This document shows, one piece after another, positions 36,107-46,420 of a DNA stretch of 64,000 bases. Positions within the stretch are counted from its first letter, which is position 1; each line of letters starts with the position of its first letter. Under the pieces are notes generated by a model that was not told the origin of the DNA, made no database searches, and saw nothing but the letters and a program-made list of their open reading frames with translations. The translations under genes and the position numbers were made by a program. The DNA comes from Rhizophagus irregularis (Eukaryota), in the NCBI RefSeq assembly GCF_026210795.1, contig NC_089429.1, forward strand, positions 744,001 to 808,000, in the 5' to 3' direction.

Positions 36107-38659
36107 ATGGCATGTTCAAAATCAGTTTTTAGTGATTTACCAGAATTAGTATATGAAATTATACAATATCTTCATAATGATTATAAAACTTTAAGTTCAT
36201 GTATTTTGGTTAATAGATTATGGTGTCGTTTAGCAATACCTTTATTATGGGAAGATCCATTTTCTACTTTTACCAAAAATTGTAATTTTATTGAAATTTA
36301 TTTACAATATTTAGATGATAAAGATAAAGAAAAATTAAAAGATTATGGTATTAAAATTAATAATTCATTTAATTTAAATACTTTATTATTTAATTATCCT
36401 AATTTTATAAAAAATTTAAATACTTGTAAAATTGTTTATTCTATTGAAAAATGGATTTTAGCTTTTAAACGTAATCAAAATAAAAATTTATTACCTCCTA
36501 TATTTACTACAACTTTATATTATAAACCTTTTCTTAATGATATAGATTATACTATACCTGAATTTGATGTTAATTTAAATTTTATTCGTAGATCTGATTT
36601 TAATTTACCTCCTATCACAAATTTAATAAATTCTACTGGATCAACGCAATCATTTCAATCAAATCAATCAAATCAATCAGATCAATCAGATCAAGCCATT
36701 CAGCGATCATTACAATCATTTCATGATGACGTTCAATCTTTACGATTATTTAAGGACGATGTTCAATCAACTTCATCGTTGAGATCATTTCAGGACGACG
36801 TTCAATCAACTCGATCGTTGCAGGACCAATCGTTGCGGTCATTTCAGGACATCAAATCAACTCGATCGTTGCAGGACCAATCGTTGCGATCATTTCAGGA
36901 CATCAAATCAACTCGATCGTTGCAGGACCAATCGTTGCGGTCATTTCAGGATGTCCAATCAACTCAATCGTTGCAGGACGTCCAATCGACTCAATCGTTA
37001 AGGTCTCAATCAGCCCAATCATTGCGGTCATTTCAGGACGTCCAATCAGCTCAATCATTACGATCATTTCAGGACGTTCGATCGACTCAATCGTTGCGGT
37101 CATTTCAGACTGTCCAATCGACCCAATCATTGCGGTCATTTCAGACCGCCCAATCAACTCAATCATCTCAATCTACTCAACCAACTCAATCAACTCAATC
37201 TATTCAACCAACTCAATCAACTCAATCTATTCAACCAACTCAATCAACTCAATTTACTCAACAAACTCAATCTATTCAACCGACTCAATCAACTCATTCT
37301 ACTCATCTAACTCAATCAACTCATTCACTTCAATCACTTCAATCATTTTCACCAACTCAACCATTACCTCAAAATATTACTTCACTTTTTAAAAATGGAA
37401 AAAAAGGATTAATTTATAAATTATTATTTAAATTATTTATTAAACACGAAGCGAAATTACATACTTTTGAAGTATTCTTAATGAGAATTAAAGAATATAA
37501 ATATTTTAATAACATTTATGATTTAATATTAGAAAATCCAAAATTTATTCGTTCTATTAAAAATTTAAAACTTGCCTTTTATAATAAAGGTACATCAAAT
37601 TTATCAAAAATTGATTCTTTTATAACATTTTTATCATCAAATTGTGATTCAATTTCATCACTTTACCTTCAATTTCAATTTCGTAATAATAATATTTTAA
37701 TTGAAAAATTTTCTTCCCGTATAATTAATTCACAAAAAAATATTAAAAGAATATTTTTCGTTCATAATACTTTTTCTTTAAATACTTCTTTATTATCATT
37801 AAAAAATTTTTATTATTCAAATAATTTAAAAACTATAACATTTTTTAATGTTAATTTTAAAAATATTATAATTATAAAAGAAGTATTTGAACAATTAAAA
37901 GTTTTAGAATCAATTCATATACTTTATTGTCAATTTATAAATTCTTTTATTAAACAAATTATTAAAATGATTGGACCTTTTAAATTAAGATCATTATTTT
38001 TAGATAAAATTATTAAATTAAATTCTTTTAATTCTTTATTACAAAAATCTGGTAATTATTTAGAAAATTTTGGTCTTGGTACTATATCAAAAGATGAATC
38101 AAAAAAACATTTACTTGAATTAATTATAAAATATTGTAAAAATATCAAATTTTTTGATTTACCAGAATTTGATAATCAAGATAATATTTATTCCGCTTTA
38201 AATTTAATTAAAATTCTTGATCAAAATCTTAATTATCTTTTTATAGAATTTTTTGATTTAAATTTAAATTCAAATAAAATTAGTTCAATTTTATTAAAAG
38301 AATTAGGTCAATTATTACCTATTAAATTAGAATATTTAAAATTATCTTTAATTATTAATATAAATGATTTTAAAATTTTTTTATTAAATTCTCAAAATAC
38401 TTTTATTAAAAAATTTCTTATTAGAAATAAAATTAAATTATTAGGAAATTTTGATGATTTTTTATCTTTAATAGATGATTATATTATTAAATTTAAAAAG
38501 GTTAAATATTTAGCTTTTAAAGAAGATTTTATTGAAGGGAGAGATTTATTTTTATTAAAAGATTATGTTAAAAAATTTGAATTATATAATATTAAAATTC
38601 AAAGTTATGATGATTTAGATACTTATAATAGTTATAAACATGTAAAAGAGACATATTAG
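36107..38659 (+). CDS. F-box/LRR protein, subfamily A, 850 aa, with ~240-aa Q/S/T repeat insert
   Basis: F-box LPELVYEIIQYL...LWEDPF; the LRR region aligns to paralogs after the insert. Confidence 0.88.
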   Translation: MACSKSVFSDLPELVYEIIQYLHNDYKTLSSCILVNRLWCRLAIPLLWEDPFSTFTKNCNFIEIYLQYLDDKDKEKLKDYGIKINNSFNLNTLLFNYPNFIKNLNTCKIVYSIEKWILAFKRNQNKNLLPPIFTTTLYYKPFLNDIDYTIPEFDVNLNFIRRSDFNLPPITNLINSTGSTQSFQSNQSNQSDQSDQAIQRSLQSFHDDVQSLRLFKDDVQSTSSLRSFQDDVQSTRSLQDQSLRSFQDIKSTRSLQDQSLRSFQDIKSTRSLQDQSLRSFQDVQSTQSLQDVQSTQSLRSQSAQSLRSFQDVQSAQSLRSFQDVRSTQSLRSFQTVQSTQSLRSFQTAQSTQSSQSTQPTQSTQSIQPTQSTQSIQPTQSTQFTQQTQSIQPTQSTHSTHLTQSTHSLQSLQSFSPTQPLPQNITSLFKNGKKGLIYKLLFKLFIKHEAKLHTFEVFLMRIKEYKYFNNIYDLILENPKFIRSIKNLKLAFYNKGTSNLSKIDSFITFLSSNCDSISSLYLQFQFRNNNILIEKFSSRIINSQKNIKRIFFVHNTFSLNTSLLSLKNFYYSNNLKTITFFNVNFKNIIIIKEVFEQLKVLESIHILYCQFINSFIKQIIKMIGPFKLRSLFLDKIIKLNSFNSLLQKSGNYLENFGLGTISKDESKKHLLELIIKYCKNIKFFDLPEFDNQDNIYSALNLIKILDQNLNYLFIEFFDLNLNSNKISSILLKELGQLLPIKLEYLKLSLIININDFKIFLLNSQNTFIKKFLIRNKIKLLGNFDDFLSLIDDYIIKFKKVKYLAFKEDFIEGRDLFLLKDYVKKFELYNIKIQSYDDLDTYNSYKHVKETY
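36640..37365 (+). repeat. In-frame coding minisatellite
   Basis: 9-bp CAATCAACT-type units (QST), 27-bp QSLRSFQ units and three 51-bp units at 36810-36962 (TRSLQDQSLRSFQDIKS). Confidence 0.9.
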
Positions 38660-38988
38660 TGGATTTTTTTTCATAGTATAATGTTATGTTATTAGTAGAT
38701 TTTTTTCATGTTTTAGTAGTAAAATGTTATGTAGAAAAAGTCATGTTTTAATAAATAAATAAAAGATTTTAAAAAACTTCTATCGACTTTCTTTTTTTTG
38801 TGCGACCTTGAATTTGGTTTATCGTAATTGAAAGAACACCATATTTACGTTGAAACTAGCACTTGGTATATAATATATATAATACGTAATTACGTCCCTA
38901 TTATACGATTTAAATATTTTCACAATAGCTAAATATTGTTCCACTAAAATATGACGCCAAATATGCACGTTCGTTAAATTCATTAAAC

Positions 38989-39274
38989 GAGTCGCATTCG
39001 TTTCACCAACAATCACCAACTGACAGGGTCATTTCACAGACAAATGTTTGCCGACAATCATCTCATCGTAGAGGTAAGGAAATTAGGGATATATTAGGGT
39101 TAGAATTAGGGTTAGAGTAAGGTTAGGATAAGTTGGATTAAGAGTGACAGTCAGTAAATGAATCCTGTCATTTAAATGAAATGATTGTCGGTGAAACGTC
39201 TGTCGACGAGTGATAATTGTCAGTGAAAATGATTGACGGTAAAATTATTTGTCGATGAAACAGAACCAGAACCC
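38989..39274. mobile_element. Foldback/Mutator-like MITE with central telomere-like repeats
   Basis: Inverted arms (TTTCACCAACAATCA...TGACAGG vs CCTGTCA...TGATTGTCGGTGAAA) around TTAGGGTTAGAATTAGGGTTAGAG. Confidence 0.6.
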
Positions 39275-39525
39275 ATTCAACTCATTGTACAGTATTTCTA
39301 ATACTGACGATCTTTCACTTTAAGTTTACGACATTATTGTAAACATTGTATTTTTAATACTGTGACGAAGAGGCCAATTAATTGTAAAATTAACAAAATT
39401 TAAAACTAATAAGAAAAGTAAATTAAAATTATTAAAAAATGTATAATTTTCCTGTAACTTAAATCTTTTTGAATGGTAAATCTAATTCGATACATATATA
39501 TATGTGTAAGGATTCTATTGAAGAA

Positions 39526-41151
39526 GGTTACGTACATTTCGCCGAAATCCACCTCACCGAAACTCATTTCTCCGATGTCATTTCACCGAAGTGATATTTC
39601 ACCGAAGACGTTTCACCGAAGACGTTTCGCCGAAAGGACGTTTCGCCGAAAGTACGTTTCACCGAAAGTACGTTTCACCGAAAGTGCATTTTATCGAATC
39701 GTCCATTCCATTTCGCCGAAAATGGTAGCGATTAACATTTTAATTTTAATAAAAAATTTTCATCGCGCAATGAAAATAAAAATTAAATTATTTTTAGAGA
39801 ATTTTTTTTTCCAGGATATTATCACTTTAACATTCAAATAACTGATATTAATTATTAAGAAATAAATAAATAACTTTATTTTCCTGAAAACATTCACGAA
39901 AAAGTAAGTAAAGAAAAAGACTATTAATATATTATAACAACGAGATAAATTTAGTAAAAATCAGCTAATTCAAAAATTTTTCTAGAAAACATTTCTTTTA
40001 TGTATTTAGTATAAAAACAACTAATAAAATAACCAAATGAAATAAACAATTTTTCGACAAATGTCCATTCGACGAAATGTCCATTTGGTGAAATGTTTAT
40101 TCGATAAAATGGCTTCGGCACGGCGAAATGGGAGTTTCGGTGAAACAGTGTTCGGAAATGATTCAAAGGATTTGCCTAATCCTTTTCATAATCATAAATC
40201 ATTTGGCATTTGTCATTTGGTCATTTGCGAAATTTGCGTAATCACGTGATTTGTGAAAAATACTAAGCGAACAATTCTTTAAATTTTTTTTTTTCATAAA
40301 TCATTTTTGCATAACTATTATATATAATATCATTAGATTGACTTAAATTTGTTGTTACGGTATTATTCTTCGCCACTCCATACAAATTTAGAAGCAAACC
40401 AATAAAAAATTACATTAAAATGTATTTATGGCATCAAATTTTAAAAAGCAAATAGTCCGAATTTTTTGACCTGTATTTTACATTTTTTTCTATATAGCAT
40501 AATTTTTTAATTTTAGTTTATAATTATACTAGTTTTCATTATATAAACGATTGCATAATTTATTTACTTTAAAATTATAATGCTAAAATAAATCAAGTAA
40601 ATGTGAAAATTAATGGGATTTAAAATGTTAAATAAAATTTATATGGATACAAGACTGCTAATTATACAGAAATGTTAGAACTTAGAAGAAGCCTCAGTAT
40701 GACCCATTTGGCTGGTCAGTAAATTCGAGTTGATTGTTAGGGCAAGAAATTGCCAAATTAGTAAATTATTTGGAAAAGCGAACGAAAAATGGTTAAAATT
40801 TTTCGTTAAATATAAATTATAAATCACGTGATATGAAAATATTTTGCCACCTATGAAAAAATTTTTTGTTACATAGATAATACAAGATTTTTTTTTTATA
40901 CTTTGTTTCTTTACTTTATGTTAAATAAGATTATCAATAAAAACTTTCAAAATATTCAAATGACTTAAATGACTGGTCATTTAATTTCAAATGACAAATA
41001 ATGACAAATGACAAATGACTCATTTCAAGTCATTTGCCGAACACTGCGGGTGATCGGAGAGACGTCCTTTTGGCGAATATCCCTTCGATGAAATATCCCT
41101 TCGGCGAAATGGGTTTCGGTGAAATGGACTTTGCCGAAAAGTCCAGATACC
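39526..41151. mobile_element. Mutator-like non-autonomous element with repeat-built TIRs, interrupted by a hAT insertion
   Basis: Left GGTTACG + TTTCACCGAA array. Right TTCGG(T/C)GAAA array split into 40055-40145 and 41047-41151, ending GATACC. Flanks ATTGAAGAA / ATTGAGTAC are a degenerate 9-bp TSD at best. Confidence 0.65.
40146..41046. mobile_element. hAT-like non-autonomous element (nested)
   Basis: TIR CAGTGTTCGGAAATGA / TCATTTGCCGAACACTG; TCATTTG/CAAATGA subterminal repeats; imperfect TSD CGGTGAAA / CGGGTGAT. Confidence 0.75.
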
Positions 41152-42028
41152 ATTGAGTACCCGATGAAGGTTGATCTCATACTTGTGACTGCTGTCGACA
41201 TTTTGTACGACTCCTAGGTCACACAGGGCTAAGTCGAAAATATTATTAAATAAACCCGAGATTTCCAATTTGTTTGTTTATGTTTACAAACAGTTGAAAA
41301 TCAAACGACGTAAAGGAAAAGTTTATTGCTCATTCAGTATGAGAAGTCATAAAACTTTCTTGGATATAGATCTATTATACTTTAAAAGTATCTATAAAAA
41401 TATTGAGACGAATTTAAGGATGATCAACTCGAAGATGCTGTGCTACATTAATCTCTTTGACGGGGACGTTAATTCAAAACCAAATTTCAATGTAACCTCC
41501 ATATTTAAAAGGAGATTTCTGATTGGTTATTATTACATTAAGAAATGTTAAACATCTCCTCAGGGCTCAGGCTGATGCTACTAATCCTTGAAATTCTTGA
41601 GAACTTTCGTTCACAAATTTACAAATGTAATTCCTGTTTAATGTTTACAATGTTTCACAACACAAAATTAGCCTTTCTTACAACATTGTGGTTTATGTCA
41701 AACCGTGTTAATCTTGCTGCTAAAGGTAGTGACATATGATTGCGAAAAATATAAAATATGCACGTTTTCATTTTAAGAATTAAAATAAACCTATCTCTAA
41801 CATAAACGTTCTCCATGTATAAAGAAAGGGGTGGCAAAGAAGATAATGATTCTTTATCCATTCATTTACTGTACGTAAGTGACAATTAACGTTTCACTTG
41901 ATTTTTTTTAGAACATACTGTGCATTTTTATCCCAAAATTAATTAGAAAAAAAAAATGCATAAAAAATTAAACGAAAATTTTTTCAAAAAAAATTACGTA
42001 TATATGCGTATTTGTACTTCAAATGTTT

Positions 42029-42201
42029 AAGTCTAGGCAATTACCAAGTTTGAAATAAATTTTAAATTATTTAATAAATATGTAATGTTTATTTTTCTTA
42101 TGTTTATGAAAAAGGCTTTTTGTTAAATAGATAATTAATAAACGAAAGTTTTCACCAATTGAAAGTTTAGAAACTTTCCAATTTGGTAATTGCCCGGACT
42201 A
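42029..42201. mobile_element. Tc1-like MITE upstream of F-box gene
   Basis: AGTCTAGGCAATTACCAAGTTTGAAA vs TTTCCAATTTGGTAATTGCCCGGACT. Confidence 0.65.
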
Positions 42202-42560
42202 TATTTGTAAACGCATAAATATAATATAAAAAACTTTACTAATCAAAATTGGTAGATCTTCTCTTTTTGCATAGTACCAGCCTGAATTTTATAACAATGA
42301 CCGGCACTAACTCCGAATCTTACTAATATTGGTATTTCTTTGGATCTATATATAAAAGTACAAGTTTCACGTCATATAAATAAATCATCATTTTTCATTG
42401 TATTCATTATTATAATAATAATGCATATACGAACACAATTTTGTGTTCCCATATGACCAATGATCGACACATCCGTATATAGTCAATTATAGAACGCCAT
42501 TCTTCTTTTTTTCCTATTTCCCTTTCTTTTACTTTTTTTCTTTTTACTTTCCTTTTAAAT

Positions 42561-44246
42561 ATGGCATGTTCAAAAATATTTTCTGGGGATATACCTGAAT
42601 TAACAAATGAAATTATCGAATATTTTCGAAATGATTTTTCAACCTTATATTCATGCATTTTAGTTAATAGATTATTTTGTCGTATAGCGATTCCAATATT
42701 ATGGGAGGATCCATTTTCAATTCCTACTGAAAATTATGATTTTATTAAAATTTATTTATATAATTTAAATGATGATGATAAAATAAAATTAAATAATTAC
42801 GGAATTGATAAAAAATTATTTTCTTCAAATACTTTATTTAATTATCCTAGTTACATTAAAAGTTTAAATATTCAAATAGATTATTCTATTGAATCATGGG
42901 TTGCAGCTCTTAATAATTGTTCTATAAAATATACATGTCCTTCAGATTCAACAAGATTAATTTATAAATCATTATTTAAAATATTTATTGAAAATGGAGC
43001 AGATTTACATACTTTTGTAATTGCCTATGTTCATCATGATTATTTAAATGATGCATCTGAATTAATTTTAAAAAATCCAAATTTCATTTATAATATTAAA
43101 AATTTAAAACTTGAAGGAATTTCAGATTTACCAAAAATTGATTCAATAATTTCATTATTTAGTTTAAATTGTAAATCAATTTCAACTTTACATTTTCAAT
43201 TTAGTGATCATAGATTAAATGAAAATTTTTCATCATGTATAATTAATTCTCAACAAAGTCTTAAAACAATATTATTTAAATATAATAGTTTTCCTTTATA
43301 TCATTCATTATTATCATTAAAAAATTTTAATTGTTCAAATACTTTAAAAAAAATCATATTTTATGGAACAGATTTTAAAGATATAAATATATTAAAAGAA
43401 GTTTTTGAACAATTAAATTGTTTAGAATCTATTCATATACTTTATTGTCATTCTTTAAATTATAATTTTATTCAACAAATTATTAATATTACTAGTAAAC
43501 CATTTAAATTAAGATCTTTATATTTAATTAAAAGTATAGATATTAAATTATTACAATTATTATTACAAAAATCAAAAAATTATTTAGAAAATATAGGTTT
43601 TAGAACTTTTATTATAGATAATCAACCTAATACTAGTAAACAATTGGTTGAAAAAATTTTATCATATTGTAAAAAAATCAATTTTTTTGATTTTTCATAT
43701 TTTTATACACCAGAATATATTTTTCCTTCTTTTGATTTAATTAAAAATTCTGGTCAAAATCTTAATTATCTTTCTATAGAATTTCATTTCATTCCTAATG
43801 TTGATATAAGATTAAGTTCAATTGTATTAAAAGAATTAGGTCAAATATTACCTTCAAAATTAGAATATTTAAAATTATCTTTATCTATAAATACAAATGA
43901 TTTTAAAATTTTTTTAGATAATTTTCAAAATACTTTTATTAAAAAATTAGTTATTAGAAACAAAATATTTTTAAATAATTCACAAAATAATTTTGTTGAA
44001 AAAATTAAGAAATTAGTTATTAGAAATAAAACTAAAGTAGTTGATCAAGATATTTTATATTATATAGAAAAATTTATTATGAAAAAGAGAAAGGTTAAAT
44101 ATTTGGCTTTTAGAGATGATCTTATTGGTTTAGAATTATATTTATTGAAAGATCAAGTGAAAAAATTTGAATCTTATAATATTAAAGTTCAAAAATATGA
44201 TGATTTAAATATTAATTGGTATAAATATATAGAAGAAACATATTAA
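42561..44246 (+). CDS. F-box/LRR protein, subfamily A, 561 aa
   Basis: MACSKIFSGDIPELTNEIIEYF...LWEDPF; close paralog of 49298. Confidence 0.88.
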   Translation: MACSKIFSGDIPELTNEIIEYFRNDFSTLYSCILVNRLFCRIAIPILWEDPFSIPTENYDFIKIYLYNLNDDDKIKLNNYGIDKKLFSSNTLFNYPSYIKSLNIQIDYSIESWVAALNNCSIKYTCPSDSTRLIYKSLFKIFIENGADLHTFVIAYVHHDYLNDASELILKNPNFIYNIKNLKLEGISDLPKIDSIISLFSLNCKSISTLHFQFSDHRLNENFSSCIINSQQSLKTILFKYNSFPLYHSLLSLKNFNCSNTLKKIIFYGTDFKDINILKEVFEQLNCLESIHILYCHSLNYNFIQQIINITSKPFKLRSLYLIKSIDIKLLQLLLQKSKNYLENIGFRTFIIDNQPNTSKQLVEKILSYCKKINFFDFSYFYTPEYIFPSFDLIKNSGQNLNYLSIEFHFIPNVDIRLSSIVLKELGQILPSKLEYLKLSLSINTNDFKIFLDNFQNTFIKKLVIRNKIFLNNSQNNFVEKIKKLVIRNKTKVVDQDILYYIEKFIMKKRKVKYLAFRDDLIGLELYLLKDQVKKFESYNIKVQKYDDLNINWYKYIEETY

Positions 44247-44695
44247 TTTATAAATTGTAAATTAGAGATTTTTTATTTTTCTTCCTTTTTGTTTTAATTT
44301 ATAAATAAATAAAATATGATATTAATTATAAATAAAAATTGAAATTTTTATGCACTATCAATTACGATACTTTTACGCAATATCCGCCGTCGGATTTAAT
44401 TTACAATGATTACGGTGATAATACGAATAGTACTACCAGAGTATTATTTTTTATATTTTAATATTATGTTAATTTTTAGAGATCGCTTAAAAACAAACAT
44501 GTTTTTATGAGACATAATTTAAAGAAGCCTAACTAGACTGGAGTTCACTGGACGTATCTGCGGTAGCATCAAACCCATTTTAATGATTATAAGTATACTA
44601 TGATCTATAATTATTATAAAGCCAGTACGGTACTGAACCGTACTGTACTGATTTTCAAATTCGTACTAGTACTGAATAACCTCCTACATTAGTCC

Positions 44696-44793
44696 GGGCT
44701 AAATTTATAGTGCTGGCCAGAATTACTAGTAACTTTTTCGAAAATTTATGTTAAACGAAATTATAATTCTGGCCAGCATTATAAATTTGGCCC
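44696..44793. repeat. ~100-bp palindromic mini-element
   Basis: GGGCTAAATTTATAGTGCTGGCCAGAATTA ... TAATTCTGGCCAGCATTATAAATTTGGCCC. Confidence 0.7.
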
Positions 44794-45126
44794 AAATTAC
44801 CTATAAAGAAAACTAGTTCGGTATATTATATAACGAATTCACTTTATACCGAACCAAACCTCCTGGAACAGAGGGTTCGTTATATCCAGAGTTGACTGTA
44901 TTTTAATAAGTTATTTCAGCGTCTTATACTATAAGTTTCGAAATATGTGATCAACTTCCGCTCTTCCTTGGCTGTACGTGCGAATAATTTTGGAACTTCT
45001 GACATAAAATTGGCTAAAATGTACCATAACCGTTGCCCTTGTATATGTTTGGGCAGATTACATCAGATTACATATAACGGCTTGGAACTTTCCCATCGTT
45101 TGCGTTTATTTTCTTGGGTACCATCT

Positions 45127-45816
45127 AAAGATGCTTAACGGTCCTAAAAGACCACGGTCCTACACCCAAAAAGACGGACCGGTCCGTCTTAGCATAAGTC
45201 TTTCGGTTTCGCACCACGTGAAGCAAAACGGCGGGATCGCGGTCTTTTTAAGGACCGATCGGTCTTTTTTTTCTACCCATAAAAATATTTATATTTTTAG
45301 GTTCGGAGCGTCAAGGTTTACTTTAATATCTCCAAAACTAGATGAAAAAAAGTTTTTTAATAAAAACGACAGGTTTTGGTACTAAAACCAGTCGGTCTTT
45401 ATATTTTTTTGCAAGTGTTGATCAATAGTTATACAATTTATTTAGTAAATATAAAAATTTAATTATAAGGATCTGTCCTAGGAGCTAGGACCGGTCCTAA
45501 AAAAAAAAAATACCACGGTCCGGTCTAAGACCGAGACGGACTTGTAGGACTGTTGAGAACCACCCTAGCGTCGCCTCCAAAAAATGGTAGCCGGTTCTAA
45601 TTTGCCGGGTTACATATATTATCGAGAGGTGATAAATAATACGTGACATTTAGTACTTTACGTATAAAAAATTTTCCAAGTACTCAGAATAATTATAAAA
45701 TTAAAGAAACGTTAGGGTACCCTAATCCCAACCCTAATCCTAACCCTAACACTAAAGAACCGGCAAAATAATCCGGCTACCATTTTTTGGATGGTCGTCG
45801 ACTGTTGAGCATCTTG
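45127..45816. mobile_element. hAT-like element with GGTCC/GGACC repeats, right TIR interrupted by a nested insertion
   Basis: Left AAAGATGCTTAACGGTCCTA; right reconstructs as TAGGACTGTTGAG|CATCTTG once 45558-45809 is removed. Confidence 0.55.
45558..45800. mobile_element. Mutator-like MITE carrying CCCTAA telomere-like repeats
   Basis: TIR TCCAAAAAATGGTAGCCGG / CCGGCTACCATTTTTTGGA; 9-10-bp direct repeat (G)ACTGTTGAG at 45548-45557 and 45800-45809; CCCTAATCCCAACCCTAATCCTAACCCTAAC inside. Confidence 0.7.
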
Positions 45817-46308
45817 TACGGTATTGGCTAACGTCACGAAGTGACGTTATTAAACCAATTTAAACACATGCTAATCGATCATAGTAATAATATTAAATGT
45901 TAATATTATGTAATATGACGAATAAATATAATTAAGAGTTTTTTTTATGTGTAGAATTTATAATGTTTTATAACTCCAATATCTTATAAATCATTCATTA
46001 AATTTAAAATTGGATGATCTTTACATAGAGTTATTTTTTTTTATGATCCAGTATTAGTAGTATTAGTTTCTATTGGTCACCGCAGTATTCCTAATGACCG
46101 ACGAATATCGGTCTTCGACCGATATGACGACATCTCTATTCCCCCATCCAATAACTATTTATTATCGCACGGCCTTATAGGATCATACAGATTTTATTTG
46201 ACCGATATTTTCATATTTTCAATATAGATATTAATAGTTTACTTGCATACAATATTAATATTATTTGCGAATATCGATAGTTTATTCATTAGCTGTAAAA
46301 TAATATAG

Positions 46309-46396
46309 ACGGTGTTGTATTTATTTATATTGGTTAACGTCACAAATACTGGTTAACGTCACGAAGCAACGTTAACCAATATAAATATAACACCGT
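46309..46396. repeat. Palindromic mini-MITE
   Basis: ACGGTGTT...TATTTATATTGGTTAACGT / ACGTTAACCAATATAAATATAACACCGT; relative at ~45817-45868. Confidence 0.6.
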
Positions 46397-46420
46397 ACAA
46401 TGGTAAATTTATTTACTTCT

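Noticed and set aside
36903..37166. Antisense ORF with MIELIGR repeats
   Set aside because: Shadow of the coding minisatellite on the plus strand.
39525..39725. Regular TTTCACCGAA repeats and ORFs 39473-39841, 29023-29379 and 39951-40249 as a CRISPR array or genes
   Set aside because: Units are 14-16 bp with no unique spacers, there are no cas genes and the context is eukaryotic. The ORFs are by-products of TIR repeats.
41150..41870. Several short ORFs on both strands
   Set aside because: No motifs and no consistent frame or splice structure.
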